Below are positions 50,621-60,583 of a stretch of 64,000 nucleotides of DNA, in pieces (the first letter of the stretch is position 1; each line of letters opens with the position of its first letter). The stretch covers positions 18,851 to 82,850 of the forward strand of contig JAFGDT010000041.1 of assembly GCA_016931965.1 (NCBI GenBank), read 5' to 3'. The notes beneath the pieces were generated by a model, which did no database searches, was not told the origin of the DNA, and saw only the letters and a list, made by a program, of their open reading frames with translations. Made by a program: the position numbers and the translations under genes. The stretch comes from a bacterium. GTDB taxonomy: Bacteria; Zhuqueibacterota; QNDG01; DSAB01.

Positions 50621-52249
50621 ATGACAAGAAAAATACTTCTTATAATGGGTTTTATAGGGACAGCCTTCTTTTTACACTGTCCAACCAGTATAAACAGTAT
50701 CGAACAGTGGAATATTTTTGAAACCCAATTTACCAGCTCGAAAAGATATGAGAACCCTGTACAGGATGTGAAAATCGAAGTCACGTTCGTGTCACCCAGT
50801 CAGGATGTACGGACTTTTCTTGCATTCTGGAATGGAGACGATGAATGGCGGGTGCGGTTTAGTCCTGATGAAATCGGAAGGTGGATTTACTTGACATCCT
50901 GTTCTGATAGTTCAAACGGAGGACTGCATCAACAGTCCGGGACTTTTCAATGCGTGGCATATACTGGCGATAATGCTCTATATCAGAACGGTGAACTGCA
51001 GCTTTCTCAAAACAGGCGTTATTTTGTTCATCAAAACGGCAAACCCTTTTTCTTTATGGCGTGCACAGCCTGGTGCGGTCCAGCCCTTGCTGCATACGAT
51101 GATTGGCAGGTTTACCTGCAGGATCGGGTTGATAAAGCATTCACAGCCATTCAGTTTGTGATGACCCAGTGGCGTATGTTTGACAGGGACGCCGATGGCA
51201 ATGAAACCTTTACCGGAATAGAAAAAATAGAAATCAATCCGGCTTACTTCCAGCGGATGGACCGCTATGTGGACGCCATCAATGAAGCCGGTTTGTTAGC
51301 TGTCCCTGTCGTCTTGTGGGCCATAGCCGGAGATACCAATCCCGGATACATCCTGCCCGAAGATCAGAAAATCGTACTGGCTGAGTATATTGTCGCCCGA
51401 TATGGCGCCCACCAGGTCCTCTGGTTTCTTGGGGGTGACGGGAATTATGAAAACGAGCGTGCAGAACCCTGGAAAAAGGTGGGCCGTGCTGTCTTCAAAG
51501 AGGACCAACACAGGCTGGTTTCCATGCACGCGCGGGGGAGAAGCTGGGTTGGTGATGAATTCCGAGGAGAGACCTGGTTTGATTTCATCGTCTACCAGAG
51601 CGGACATGGAGACGATGAGGCTACATTCCGCTGGTTAACCCAGGGACCTCCTGCAACCCAATGGAATGAAGAACCCATGTTGCCGGTGATTAATGCCGAA
51701 CCGAATTATGAAGCGCACAACGGTTACACATACCGGAAAGTGCACAATGACCATGCTGTGCGAAGAGCAGCCTACTGGAGTCTTCTGGCATCCCCGACCG
51801 CAGGTGTGACCTATGGAGGGCAGGGTATCTGGGGATGGCATACAGAAGTACAACTACCGGCGAATCATCCATCAGCAGGACTGGGTTCACCCTGGTATCA
51901 GGCAATCGATCTGCCAGGGGCCTTCAGCATGCAAGAACTGGTCGAGCTGTTTACTTCAATTGACTGGTGGCGTCTGAAACCGGCTCAGAAACTGATTGTC
52001 AGCCAGCCGGGCGAGAAAGATGCTTCAAAATATGTCGCTGCAGCCAAATCGGAGGACGGAACTGCGGCCGTTATCTATATGCCTGAAGGTATGCCGATTC
52101 AAATACGAACCGAATTGCTGAACGTCACCAAAGCCCGATGGTATCATGCCCGGACGGGAGGATGGGTGGATGGAGGAGAAGTGATTCAACCCAGACAGAC
52201 ATTCGAACCGGCTGACCGCAACGACTGGGTACTGGTATTCAGCCGGTGA
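50621..52249 (+). CDS. Secreted putative glycoside hydrolase with a DUF5060 N-domain, a DUF4038 (GH140-like) TIM barrel and a collagen-binding-like C-domain
   Basis: Signal peptide. The DUF5060-like segment is FLAFWNGDDEWRVRFSPDEIGRWIY. GKPFFFMACTAW and VLWFLGGDGNYENE resemble DUF4038. Confidence 0.6.
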   Translation: MTRKILLIMGFIGTAFFLHCPTSINSIEQWNIFETQFTSSKRYENPVQDVKIEVTFVSPSQDVRTFLAFWNGDDEWRVRFSPDEIGRWIYLTSCSDSSNGGLHQQSGTFQCVAYTGDNALYQNGELQLSQNRRYFVHQNGKPFFFMACTAWCGPALAAYDDWQVYLQDRVDKAFTAIQFVMTQWRMFDRDADGNETFTGIEKIEINPAYFQRMDRYVDAINEAGLLAVPVVLWAIAGDTNPGYILPEDQKIVLAEYIVARYGAHQVLWFLGGDGNYENERAEPWKKVGRAVFKEDQHRLVSMHARGRSWVGDEFRGETWFDFIVYQSGHGDDEATFRWLTQGPPATQWNEEPMLPVINAEPNYEAHNGYTYRKVHNDHAVRRAAYWSLLASPTAGVTYGGQGIWGWHTEVQLPANHPSAGLGSPWYQAIDLPGAFSMQELVELFTSIDWWRLKPAQKLIVSQPGEKDASKYVAAAKSEDGTAAVIYMPEGMPIQIRTELLNVTKARWYHARTGGWVDGGEVIQPRQTFEPADRNDWVLVFSR

Positions 52250-52293
52250 TTGACCGGTAACCCTGAAGTCGACACGGATGAAAAACTTGAAGA

Positions 52294-54111
52294 TTGGAAT
52301 ATGAAATGAAACATGGTTTAACAACGGGTTTTTTAATATTGCTTTTCGGAATGGAATGGGCCAACCCCGTCAAAGTAGCAGAGATCAGCGGAGAATTAAA
52401 AACCTGGTATAAAATCACGCTGACATTCACAGGTCCTGAGACAGATGAGCAGGCCAATCCGAATCCATTCCTGGATTACCGTCTGAACGTCACCTTTACA
52501 CGGGAGGACAAATCCTATTTGGTTCCGGGATATTTTGCAGCAGATGGCAATGCCGCCAACAGTTCGGCGGATTCCGGGAATCAATGGCAGGTTCATTTTG
52601 CACCGGACCAGACAGGGATATGGAAATACGAAGTCTCCTTTCGCAGGGGCGAAAATATTGCCGTAAGTGACGATCCGAATGCGGGCCGCAGTGCCGGTTT
52701 TATGGATGGTGAAACCGGTTCTTTTACGGTAGAGCCCACCGACAAAACCGATCGCGATTTCCGGGGCCGGGGTCGTTTGGAATATGTGGGGGAGCATGTT
52801 CTGCGCTTCGCTGAAACAGGGGAATATTTCCTGAAAGCCGGCGCGGATGCCCCGGAGAATTTCCTGGCCTATCAGGATTTTGATGGCGATTTCAAGAACG
52901 ACGGACACCACGACGAACTCGTGAAAACCTGGCAGCCGCATGTCAGGGATTGGCATTCCGGTGATCCTGCCTGGCAGAACGGCAAGGGCAAAGGGATCAT
53001 CGGCGCCATCAACTATCTGGCCTTGCAGGGGATGAATGTCTTTTCCTTTTTGACATTAAACATAGCCGGGGATGACCAGAATGTTTTCCCGTACACGTCG
53101 TACGACGAACGGGTGCGGATGGACATATCCAGACTGGCCCAATGGGAGATTGTCTTTGAGCATGCCGACAGACTGGGCCTGTACCTCCATTTCAAAACCC
53201 AGGAAGCCGAAAATCAGGAACTGCTGGACGGCGGTGCGCTGGGTGTGGAACGCAGGCTCTACTACAGGGAGCTCATCGCCCGATTCAGTCACCATCTGGC
53301 ATTGAACTGGAATCTGGGCGAAGAAAACGGTGCCTGGGGAAATCATGAAGGACAAACGACAGCAGAACGCCGGGCCATGGCGGGATATTTCTGGGAGCAC
53401 GATCCCTATCAGCATCATATCGTGATACACAACGGACAATCCTTTGATGATCTGTTGGGGGACAGATCGGCATTGACCGGGGTTTCCGTACAGACCAACA
53501 GGCCGGATTTTAGCCAGGTACACGATGCCATACTGCACTGGGTAGATGAATCGGAAAAAGCGGGAAAACCATGGGTGGTGGCCATTGATGAACCCGGTGA
53601 TGCACAGCATGCGCTGATTCCGGATCAAGAGGATCCAAACCACGACAATGCCCGTCAAAATGCACTCTGGGGTATGTTTATGTCCGGCGGAGCCGGTGTG
53701 GAGTGGTACTTCGGATATGCCCATCCGGAATCCGATCTCACCTGTCAGGACTGGCGCTCCCGGGCGAATATGTGGGATCAGTGCAGGTATGCACTGGAAT
53801 TTTTCAGGGAGTACAACATCCCGTTTACGGAAATGACCAACGGGGATGAGCTCACAACGGATCAGAACGATTACTGCTTTTATAAGGCCGGTGAGCTGTA
53901 CCTGGTTTACATGAAATCTGCCGGGGATAATCGAATTGACCTGGAAGCTCATAACACGACTTTTCAGGTCTATTGGTTCAATCCCCGCTCGGGAGGAAAG
54001 TTAGAGAGAGGAACCGTCCACTCCATATCCGGACCAGATGCGCAGAATATAGGCAATCCGCCTGAAGCACCTGAACAGGACTGGCTGGTGGTGATTCGCA
54101 GGGAAGAGTAA
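52294..54111 (+). CDS. Secreted putative glycoside hydrolase with a DUF5060 N-domain and a GH-A-clan (cellulase-like) TIM barrel
   Basis: DUF5060-like WQVHFAPDQTGIWKYEVSF. LHFKT...NWNLGEENG resembles a GH5-like acid/base region. Signal peptide present. Confidence 0.55.
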   Translation: MEYEMKHGLTTGFLILLFGMEWANPVKVAEISGELKTWYKITLTFTGPETDEQANPNPFLDYRLNVTFTREDKSYLVPGYFAADGNAANSSADSGNQWQVHFAPDQTGIWKYEVSFRRGENIAVSDDPNAGRSAGFMDGETGSFTVEPTDKTDRDFRGRGRLEYVGEHVLRFAETGEYFLKAGADAPENFLAYQDFDGDFKNDGHHDELVKTWQPHVRDWHSGDPAWQNGKGKGIIGAINYLALQGMNVFSFLTLNIAGDDQNVFPYTSYDERVRMDISRLAQWEIVFEHADRLGLYLHFKTQEAENQELLDGGALGVERRLYYRELIARFSHHLALNWNLGEENGAWGNHEGQTTAERRAMAGYFWEHDPYQHHIVIHNGQSFDDLLGDRSALTGVSVQTNRPDFSQVHDAILHWVDESEKAGKPWVVAIDEPGDAQHALIPDQEDPNHDNARQNALWGMFMSGGAGVEWYFGYAHPESDLTCQDWRSRANMWDQCRYALEFFREYNIPFTEMTNGDELTTDQNDYCFYKAGELYLVYMKSAGDNRIDLEAHNTTFQVYWFNPRSGGKLERGTVHSISGPDAQNIGNPPEAPEQDWLVVIRREE

Positions 54112-54145
54112 AAAGCATCCGTTATGTTTAGATCAAAGGTCAGGA

Positions 54146-55786
54146 ATGATGAAACGTCTACATGTTCTTTTCGTCCTATTGGCATTTTTGATGTGTACTT
54201 TAGACATCCTGTTTGCAGATGAAATTGCAGAAGGTAAATTGTATTCGGTGATCGAACTCGCATTCGAAGGTCCCCTGCAGACCCCGAAGGACACACCGGC
54301 CCGGGACATCGATTTCTGGGTGGAATTTCAGCACGAAAGCGGTTCCCCTGTTCACCGGATATATGGATTCTGGGATGGGGACGGCAGGGGCCATGCAACC
54401 GGTAATGTCTTCAAGGTCCGGTTTTGCCCGACTGAAACGGGAAAATGGATCCTGTCCGAGGTCCATTCCAATGCAGCGTCATTGGACAATCAGCATCAGG
54501 GAGATCACATCACTGTGGGTCAATCGGACCATCCCGGCTTCTGGATGGCGGATCCTGCAAGTACGGGAAAGCGGTGGTATCGGCGTTCGGACGGTTCGCA
54601 TCTCTACATCATCGGAAACACGCACTACAGTTTTCTTTCAGGGTACATGAAAGGCGGAATGCCCTCAGGCAATACAATTGACGGCGATATTCGCGGCAAT
54701 GCCGATTTTTTTAAAAAATTGCGTTTCGGACTCTCAGGCGATTATTACCTCAATCCTGTGGAGAAGCCCTATTTTGATGACGAGGGGCAGCCAACCGATT
54801 GGGGAGACTATGCACACCGTCCCAATCCCCAGTGGTTTCACAATCGGGTTGATCTGGCTGTGCAGACCGCCTATGAGGTGGATTTAATTACCGACATTAT
54901 CCTTGCCGGACCGGACAATGAATGGGCCCGCTCCACATTGCGGGCGAAATACAACGGAGGGGATCCGACGCCTTTTCTGAAATATATCGCCGCCCGCTAT
55001 GGGAGCTATCCCAATGTCTGGATCTGCCTGTGCAACGAGTACGAGATCCGTGAGCCTGTCTACAGCGAAAAAGAAATCGCCGAATTCGGTCGGATCATAC
55101 TTAATTACCTGCCCTATCAAACACCGCTCAGCGTGCACGCCACGCCGAATACACTGTGGGCAGATGCATTTGAAGACCTGCCGCCCTGGAACGACCACAT
55201 CATCATTCAAAAGAAACTTCGCCACCTTTCCCCTGCCGCAGATGTCATCCAGAATGTCTGGGAAAATCAAAACCATCCCTTGTACAAACCGGTGATCAAC
55301 GACGAACTGAGTTATGAGGGTGATGGGGACAGCCACAATGAAGGCGACTCCATTGAATCGCATCTGGGTGCCTTTCTCGGAGGAGGATACGGAACCACCG
55401 GCGAAAAATCCGCCAGCAAAGAAGGCCAGTATTTTAAGGGAAATTTCAATGCCGATGAACATACGGCTGCGGACAACCTGAAATATCTTCGGGAAGTGAT
55501 CGACCAGCACATCACTTTCTGGAAAATGGCTCCAGGCCGGGACATTTTTTCCAATCTGGCCGAGGGATTCCGCGGGATGGCCTGGCCGGGCCATGAATAT
55601 GTCCTGGGAACCAATGAAGCACATCAAGGTCTGACGGCACAATTGCCATCGGGTTCATGGAAGGTGACCCGGTATGATATGATCAACAAGGTCGAAACGA
55701 CATTGTCGGAAAATGCTGTAGGCCGATTTGTGTTTGATTCTCCGGGCAGTCGTGCTGTCTTGTTTCATTTCAAATACAATCAGTGA
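54146..55786 (+). CDS. Secreted putative glycoside hydrolase with DUF5060 and DUF4038-like domains (third paralog)
   Basis: Signal peptide. FKVRFCPTETGKWIL, HLYIIGNTHY and WICLCNEYE, plus a C-terminal beta-sandwich. Confidence 0.55.
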   Translation: MMKRLHVLFVLLAFLMCTLDILFADEIAEGKLYSVIELAFEGPLQTPKDTPARDIDFWVEFQHESGSPVHRIYGFWDGDGRGHATGNVFKVRFCPTETGKWILSEVHSNAASLDNQHQGDHITVGQSDHPGFWMADPASTGKRWYRRSDGSHLYIIGNTHYSFLSGYMKGGMPSGNTIDGDIRGNADFFKKLRFGLSGDYYLNPVEKPYFDDEGQPTDWGDYAHRPNPQWFHNRVDLAVQTAYEVDLITDIILAGPDNEWARSTLRAKYNGGDPTPFLKYIAARYGSYPNVWICLCNEYEIREPVYSEKEIAEFGRIILNYLPYQTPLSVHATPNTLWADAFEDLPPWNDHIIIQKKLRHLSPAADVIQNVWENQNHPLYKPVINDELSYEGDGDSHNEGDSIESHLGAFLGGGYGTTGEKSASKEGQYFKGNFNADEHTAADNLKYLREVIDQHITFWKMAPGRDIFSNLAEGFRGMAWPGHEYVLGTNEAHQGLTAQLPSGSWKVTRYDMINKVETTLSENAVGRFVFDSPGSRAVLFHFKYNQ

Positions 55787-55871
55787 TTAGCTTTGTGTAT
55801 CCCGTTGCACTTTGTATGAGTGTGTGAAGCTTAACCAAGAATCATAAAAACGCACATATGGGAGCGACGAA

Positions 55872-57554
55872 TTGATGAACAAATACAATGAAAAAGTAAA
55901 ATTTCCAATTTATACTGTTCTAATTGGATTGCTGCTTTGCGGTTGTCAAAATCAATCCGCCGTCAATGCGAAGAAAATGAGTGCCGATGTCATTGTTTAT
56001 GGAGGCACCTCGGCGGCTATGACAACGTCTGTTCAGGTTGCCCGGATGGGAAAGTCCGTCATCATCGTTTCACCCGACAAACATCTTGGAGGTCTTTCCT
56101 CATCCGGTTTGGGATTCACCGATACCGGGGACAAAAGCGTCATCGGAGGTCTATCCAGGGAATTTTATCACCGCATTTATGAACATTATCAAAAGCCGGA
56201 ATCCTGGACATGGCAGGAAAAGGAAGCCTATGGCAACGTCGGTCAGGGAACACCGGCAATCGACGGCGAAAACAGAACCATGTGGATATTTGAACCCCAT
56301 GCCGCCGAAAGTGTTTTCGAAGATTTTGTGAGGGAACATCATATCCAAGTGATCCGTGATGAATGGCTGGACAGAGAACACGGCGTCGTCAAAGAGAACG
56401 GAAAAATCCGATCGATTACGACCCTCAGCGGCCAAATATACGAGGGGAAAATATTTATCGATGCCACATACGAAGGCGACCTGATGGCTGCCGCCGGTGT
56501 AAGTTATTGTGTCGGCAGAGAAACCAATTCCCTTTATGATGAGGAATGGAACGGCGTGCAGACAGGAGTGCTTCACCATGGCCATCATTTTAGCAACAGG
56601 AATATCAGTCCCTATGTCGTGCCGGACAATCCCGCCAGCGGGATCTTGCCCCGCATTTCAGCTGCGGATCCCGGTAAAAAAGGCGAAGGAGACGATAAAA
56701 TACAAGCTTACTGCTTCAGGATGTGTTTGACCCAAAACGAGGAAAACCGTGTTCCCTTCGAAAAACCGGATGGATATGACCCCTCACAATATGAGCTTCT
56801 GATCAGGATATTTGAGTCCGGCTGGCGGCAAACGTTCAATAAATTCGATCCCATCCCCAATCTAAAGACCGATGTCAACAATCACGGCCCGTTCAGTTTT
56901 GACAACATCGGCATGAATGATGATTATCCGGAAGCATCATACGAAAGAAGAAAAGAAATCATCAGGGAACATGAAACCTATCAAAAGGGATTGCTCTATT
57001 TTATTGCCACGGATCCCCGTGTGCCGAAAGAGATCCAGGATGAAATGAACAAATGGGGACTGGCCAGGGACGAATTTGTGGATAACGGCCACTGGCCGCA
57101 CCAGTTGTACATTCGCGAAGCCAGAAGAATGATCGGAGAGGTTGTGATGACCGAAAATGAAATTATGGGAAAGAATCCCGTGAAACAGTCCATCGGCATG
57201 GGATCCTACACCATGGATTCCCACAATGTGCAGCGGTACATCACGCCGGAAGGATATGTACAAAATGAGGGAGACATCGGCGTGAGCCCTCCAGAACCCT
57301 ATCAGATTGCGCTGGGCACCATTCTACCCAAAAAAGAGGAGTGCACGAACCTGCTTGTTCCGGTGGCCGTTTCAAGCTCGCACATTGCTTTTGGATCGAT
57401 TCGCATGGAGCCCGTTTTTATGATACTGGGTCAGAGTGCCGGAACCATCGCGGCGATGGCAGTAGAAAAAAATATCGGGATTCATGACATCCCTTATGAT
57501 GGAATCAAAATGCAATTGATCGAAGACGGTCAAATTTTGGAAATAAACAGATGA
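55872..57554 (+). CDS. FAD-dependent oxidoreductase lipoprotein of the PF12831 (FAD_oxidored) type
   Basis: Lipobox LLLCGC. Dinucleotide motif DVIVYGGTSAAMTTSVQVARMG. This type is frequently encoded in polysaccharide-utilisation loci. Confidence 0.65.
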   Translation: MMNKYNEKVKFPIYTVLIGLLLCGCQNQSAVNAKKMSADVIVYGGTSAAMTTSVQVARMGKSVIIVSPDKHLGGLSSSGLGFTDTGDKSVIGGLSREFYHRIYEHYQKPESWTWQEKEAYGNVGQGTPAIDGENRTMWIFEPHAAESVFEDFVREHHIQVIRDEWLDREHGVVKENGKIRSITTLSGQIYEGKIFIDATYEGDLMAAAGVSYCVGRETNSLYDEEWNGVQTGVLHHGHHFSNRNISPYVVPDNPASGILPRISAADPGKKGEGDDKIQAYCFRMCLTQNEENRVPFEKPDGYDPSQYELLIRIFESGWRQTFNKFDPIPNLKTDVNNHGPFSFDNIGMNDDYPEASYERRKEIIREHETYQKGLLYFIATDPRVPKEIQDEMNKWGLARDEFVDNGHWPHQLYIREARRMIGEVVMTENEIMGKNPVKQSIGMGSYTMDSHNVQRYITPEGYVQNEGDIGVSPPEPYQIALGTILPKKEECTNLLVPVAVSSSHIAFGSIRMEPVFMILGQSAGTIAAMAVEKNIGIHDIPYDGIKMQLIEDGQILEINR

Positions 57555-57600
57555 TCATCATAAAATAAATTACTTTCATACAAAAAAGGAGATTCCGAAC

Positions 57601-59673
57601 ATGAAACGTTTCACAATCTTTATCTGTCTGTTCATCTGCTCCGCAACTTCCCTGTTCGCTCAAAAGCGAGCCTTTACCCTCGAGGATCTCTATCGGATTC
57701 AGGGAATCGGCGATCCTCAAATTTCCCCGGAAGGCGACAGAATCGCATTTACAGTCACAAAATACAATCTGAGAGAAGGAACCCAAAACACGAATATCTG
57801 GATGATGCAGGCCGACGGATCCGACCCCAGGCAGATGACCCGAAGTGACCAATCGGACGGTCACCCCCGCTGGTCTCCCGATGGAACAACTTTGATGTTT
57901 CTTTCCAGCAGAAACGATGACAGTCAAATCTGGCTGTTGCCTGTGACGGGTGGTGAACCGTACAAGCTGACGGACATCTCCACATCCATTTCCGATCCTA
58001 TCTGGACAGCGGACGGAAAATCCATTGTTTTTGCCTCAGAAGTATTTCCCGAATACGGGGCGGTCGATTCATTAAACAAAAGGGATCTGGAATCCATGGA
58101 AGAAGGCCCTGTCCATGCCCATATGGCCGATGAACTCCTTTACCGCCACTGGACCAGCTGGGATGACGGTCTCAAAATCCATACGCTGATCATCGACGTG
58201 GATTCGGGTGAAATGCGCGATTTGACGCCCGGACCTTATCATGCCCCCCGCTTCTCTCTGGGAAATCGGGGTTTTCAGGTCTCGCCGGACAGCAAAGAAC
58301 TCTGCGTGGTTTCCGATCACAGTGCGGATCCGTGGTCATCCACCAATGCGGATTTGTGGGTGACTCCGCTGGACGGGGGTGAATACATCAACATCACCGC
58401 TGACAATGCAGCTTACGATGGAGATCCCCTCTATTCCCCGAATGGTCAGTACATTGCCTACCGGAAACAACTGATTCCCCGTTATGAAGCAGACCGGTTC
58501 CGTCTGGCGATCTATGATCGGGAAACACAAACACACCGCATTTTAACAGAACCATTTGATTATTGGGTTGAGGACTTCAGATGGTCACCGGACAGCAAAA
58601 CGATTTACTTCATAGCCACAGTCCAGGGACATCTTCCCCTTTATTCAGTGGATATCCGCAGCGGGAATATCACCCTTGTCTTGGATGTCAAAACCATCAA
58701 TAACTTCGAAATCTCTCCGGATGGGAAATGGATGGCTATTACCCGACGATCCATCGGCGAGCCCACATCACTGGTTCGTGTGCAGACAGACGGGAAAGAT
58801 CTGAAGCGGTTGGAATTTTTCAATGAAACCCTTGAAAATGAAGTGGACATCCGTCCTGCAGAAGAGATGTGGGTTGAAGGTGCAGAAGGCCACCCGGTCC
58901 ATGTCTATATCATTAAACCGCACGATTTTGATCCAACCAAGAAATACCCCACTATTATGAATATCCACGGAGGTCCACAGAGCCTATGGCTGGATTCATT
59001 CCGCGGAGACTGGCAGGTTTACCCGGGTGCGGGATATGTGTTGGTTCTGCCCAATCCCCACGGCTCAACAGGTTACGGACAGGATTACACGTCTGCCATT
59101 TCCAAAGACTGGGGAGGCCGCGTTTATGAGGACATCATGAAAGTGACCGATGCCGTAAGTGAACTCCCCTATGTGGATGCAGACCGCATGGGTGCCATGG
59201 GGTGGAGCTATGGTGGGTATATGATGATGTGGCTGCAGGGGCACACGGATCGCTTTAAAGCCATGGCTTGCATGATGGGAGTTTATGATTTAAAGTCCAA
59301 GTATGGTGCTACTGAAGAACTCTGGTTCCCCGAATGGGATCTGGGGGGACAGCCCTGGAATTCTGAGTATTATGAAAAGTGGTCGCCATCCAATTTTGTC
59401 GAAAACTTCCAAACACCCTGTCTGGTCATCACCGGTGAGCTCGATTACCGCGTTCCCTATACACAGAGTCTGCATTTCTTTACCGATCTGCAAAAAATGC
59501 ATGTGACTTCGCGGTTGATCGTTTTTCCGAATGACGGTCACTGGCCCAATTATGTACGATCCATGCCCCTCTATTACAATGCCCATCTGGATTGGTTTCA
59601 CAAATATCTGGGAGGAGGTTCGGCACCGTGGGACATGACAGACATGATCAGAAATCGCCATTTTGTAGAATAG
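57601..59673 (+). CDS. S9-family serine peptidase (prolyl oligopeptidase/DPP-like) with an N-terminal beta-propeller
   Basis: Signal peptide, SPDG/SPDS propeller repeats and the nucleophile elbow GWSYGGYM. Downstream Asp and His lie in VFPNDGHW. Confidence 0.8.
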   Translation: MKRFTIFICLFICSATSLFAQKRAFTLEDLYRIQGIGDPQISPEGDRIAFTVTKYNLREGTQNTNIWMMQADGSDPRQMTRSDQSDGHPRWSPDGTTLMFLSSRNDDSQIWLLPVTGGEPYKLTDISTSISDPIWTADGKSIVFASEVFPEYGAVDSLNKRDLESMEEGPVHAHMADELLYRHWTSWDDGLKIHTLIIDVDSGEMRDLTPGPYHAPRFSLGNRGFQVSPDSKELCVVSDHSADPWSSTNADLWVTPLDGGEYINITADNAAYDGDPLYSPNGQYIAYRKQLIPRYEADRFRLAIYDRETQTHRILTEPFDYWVEDFRWSPDSKTIYFIATVQGHLPLYSVDIRSGNITLVLDVKTINNFEISPDGKWMAITRRSIGEPTSLVRVQTDGKDLKRLEFFNETLENEVDIRPAEEMWVEGAEGHPVHVYIIKPHDFDPTKKYPTIMNIHGGPQSLWLDSFRGDWQVYPGAGYVLVLPNPHGSTGYGQDYTSAISKDWGGRVYEDIMKVTDAVSELPYVDADRMGAMGWSYGGYMMMWLQGHTDRFKAMACMMGVYDLKSKYGATEELWFPEWDLGGQPWNSEYYEKWSPSNFVENFQTPCLVITGELDYRVPYTQSLHFFTDLQKMHVTSRLIVFPNDGHWPNYVRSMPLYYNAHLDWFHKYLGGGSAPWDMTDMIRNRHFVE

Positions 59674-59711
59674 GAAAATCAACTCCACAGCGGCAAGAGA
59701 CTCTGCAGTGT

Positions 59712-60581
59712 GTGAAGTTCATAAAACCGTATGAAAGGAAAGTCATAAAAAGAATCATCATAAGAACGATTTTAGCACTGGTTTTCTTCATGATGTGCCG
59801 ACCCTGTGAGATCAAATCTCAGGTCGAATTGCCTCCCAAAGAAAATTTCCATCTGTTTTTGCTGGCCGGTCAATCCAACATGGCAGGCCGGGGAAAATTG
59901 ACAGAAAAAGATACGCAAGTACATCCAAGGGTTTATGCACTGTCGTGGAATGGGAAATGGATACCTGCTGCGGATCCGATTCATTACGACAAGCCAACGG
60001 CCGGTGTCGGACTGGGAAAATCATTTGCGATTGCTCTGGCGGAACGGGACAGCAGCATAGCCATTGGCCTCGTGCCCGCTGCCTGCGGTGGTTCACCGAT
60101 TGCCATCTGGGAACAGAGGGTCTATTTTGACCAGACAGACAGTTATCCCTATGATGATGCCATTCAGCGTATCCGCTATGCACTGAAAGACGGTATGCTG
60201 AAGGGGATCCTGTGGCATCAGGGTGAATCTGACAGCAATCCGCAGCGCGCCGGAGAATACAAGGGGAAACTGAAAAACCTGATAGAGCGTTTCCGCAAGG
60301 ATTTGAATACCCCGTCATTACCGTTCATCATCGGACAATTGGGACAGTTCCCAGAGAGTCCATGGGATGATTTTAAAAGACTCATCAATGAAGCCCACGT
60401 TACAATAGCCGATGAAATGGATTTTGTCGGGTTTGTTTCTTCAGAGGATCTCTCCTGCATGGAAGATAACATTCATTTTAATTCTGAGTCGTTGAGACAG
60501 TTCGGACAACGATATGCAGAAATATATATGGAAATAAAGAAACACGATACCTCAGAAAATAAATCTGCCGCGCAACCATAA
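59712..60581 (+). CDS. SASA/DUF303-family carbohydrate esterase (sialate O-acetylesterase-like SGNH hydrolase)
   Basis: GQSNMAGRG motif, then WHQGESD. The start is uncertain. The ORF track begins at 59592, inside the peptidase gene. I propose the GTG at 59712, which gives the signal peptide MKFIKPYERKVIKRIIIRTILALVFFMMC. The ATG pair at about 59790 is an alternative. Confidence 0.65.
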   Translation: MKFIKPYERKVIKRIIIRTILALVFFMMCRPCEIKSQVELPPKENFHLFLLAGQSNMAGRGKLTEKDTQVHPRVYALSWNGKWIPAADPIHYDKPTAGVGLGKSFAIALAERDSSIAIGLVPAACGGSPIAIWEQRVYFDQTDSYPYDDAIQRIRYALKDGMLKGILWHQGESDSNPQRAGEYKGKLKNLIERFRKDLNTPSLPFIIGQLGQFPESPWDDFKRLINEAHVTIADEMDFVGFVSSEDLSCMEDNIHFNSESLRQFGQRYAEIYMEIKKHDTSENKSAAQP

Positions 60582-60583
60582 AT

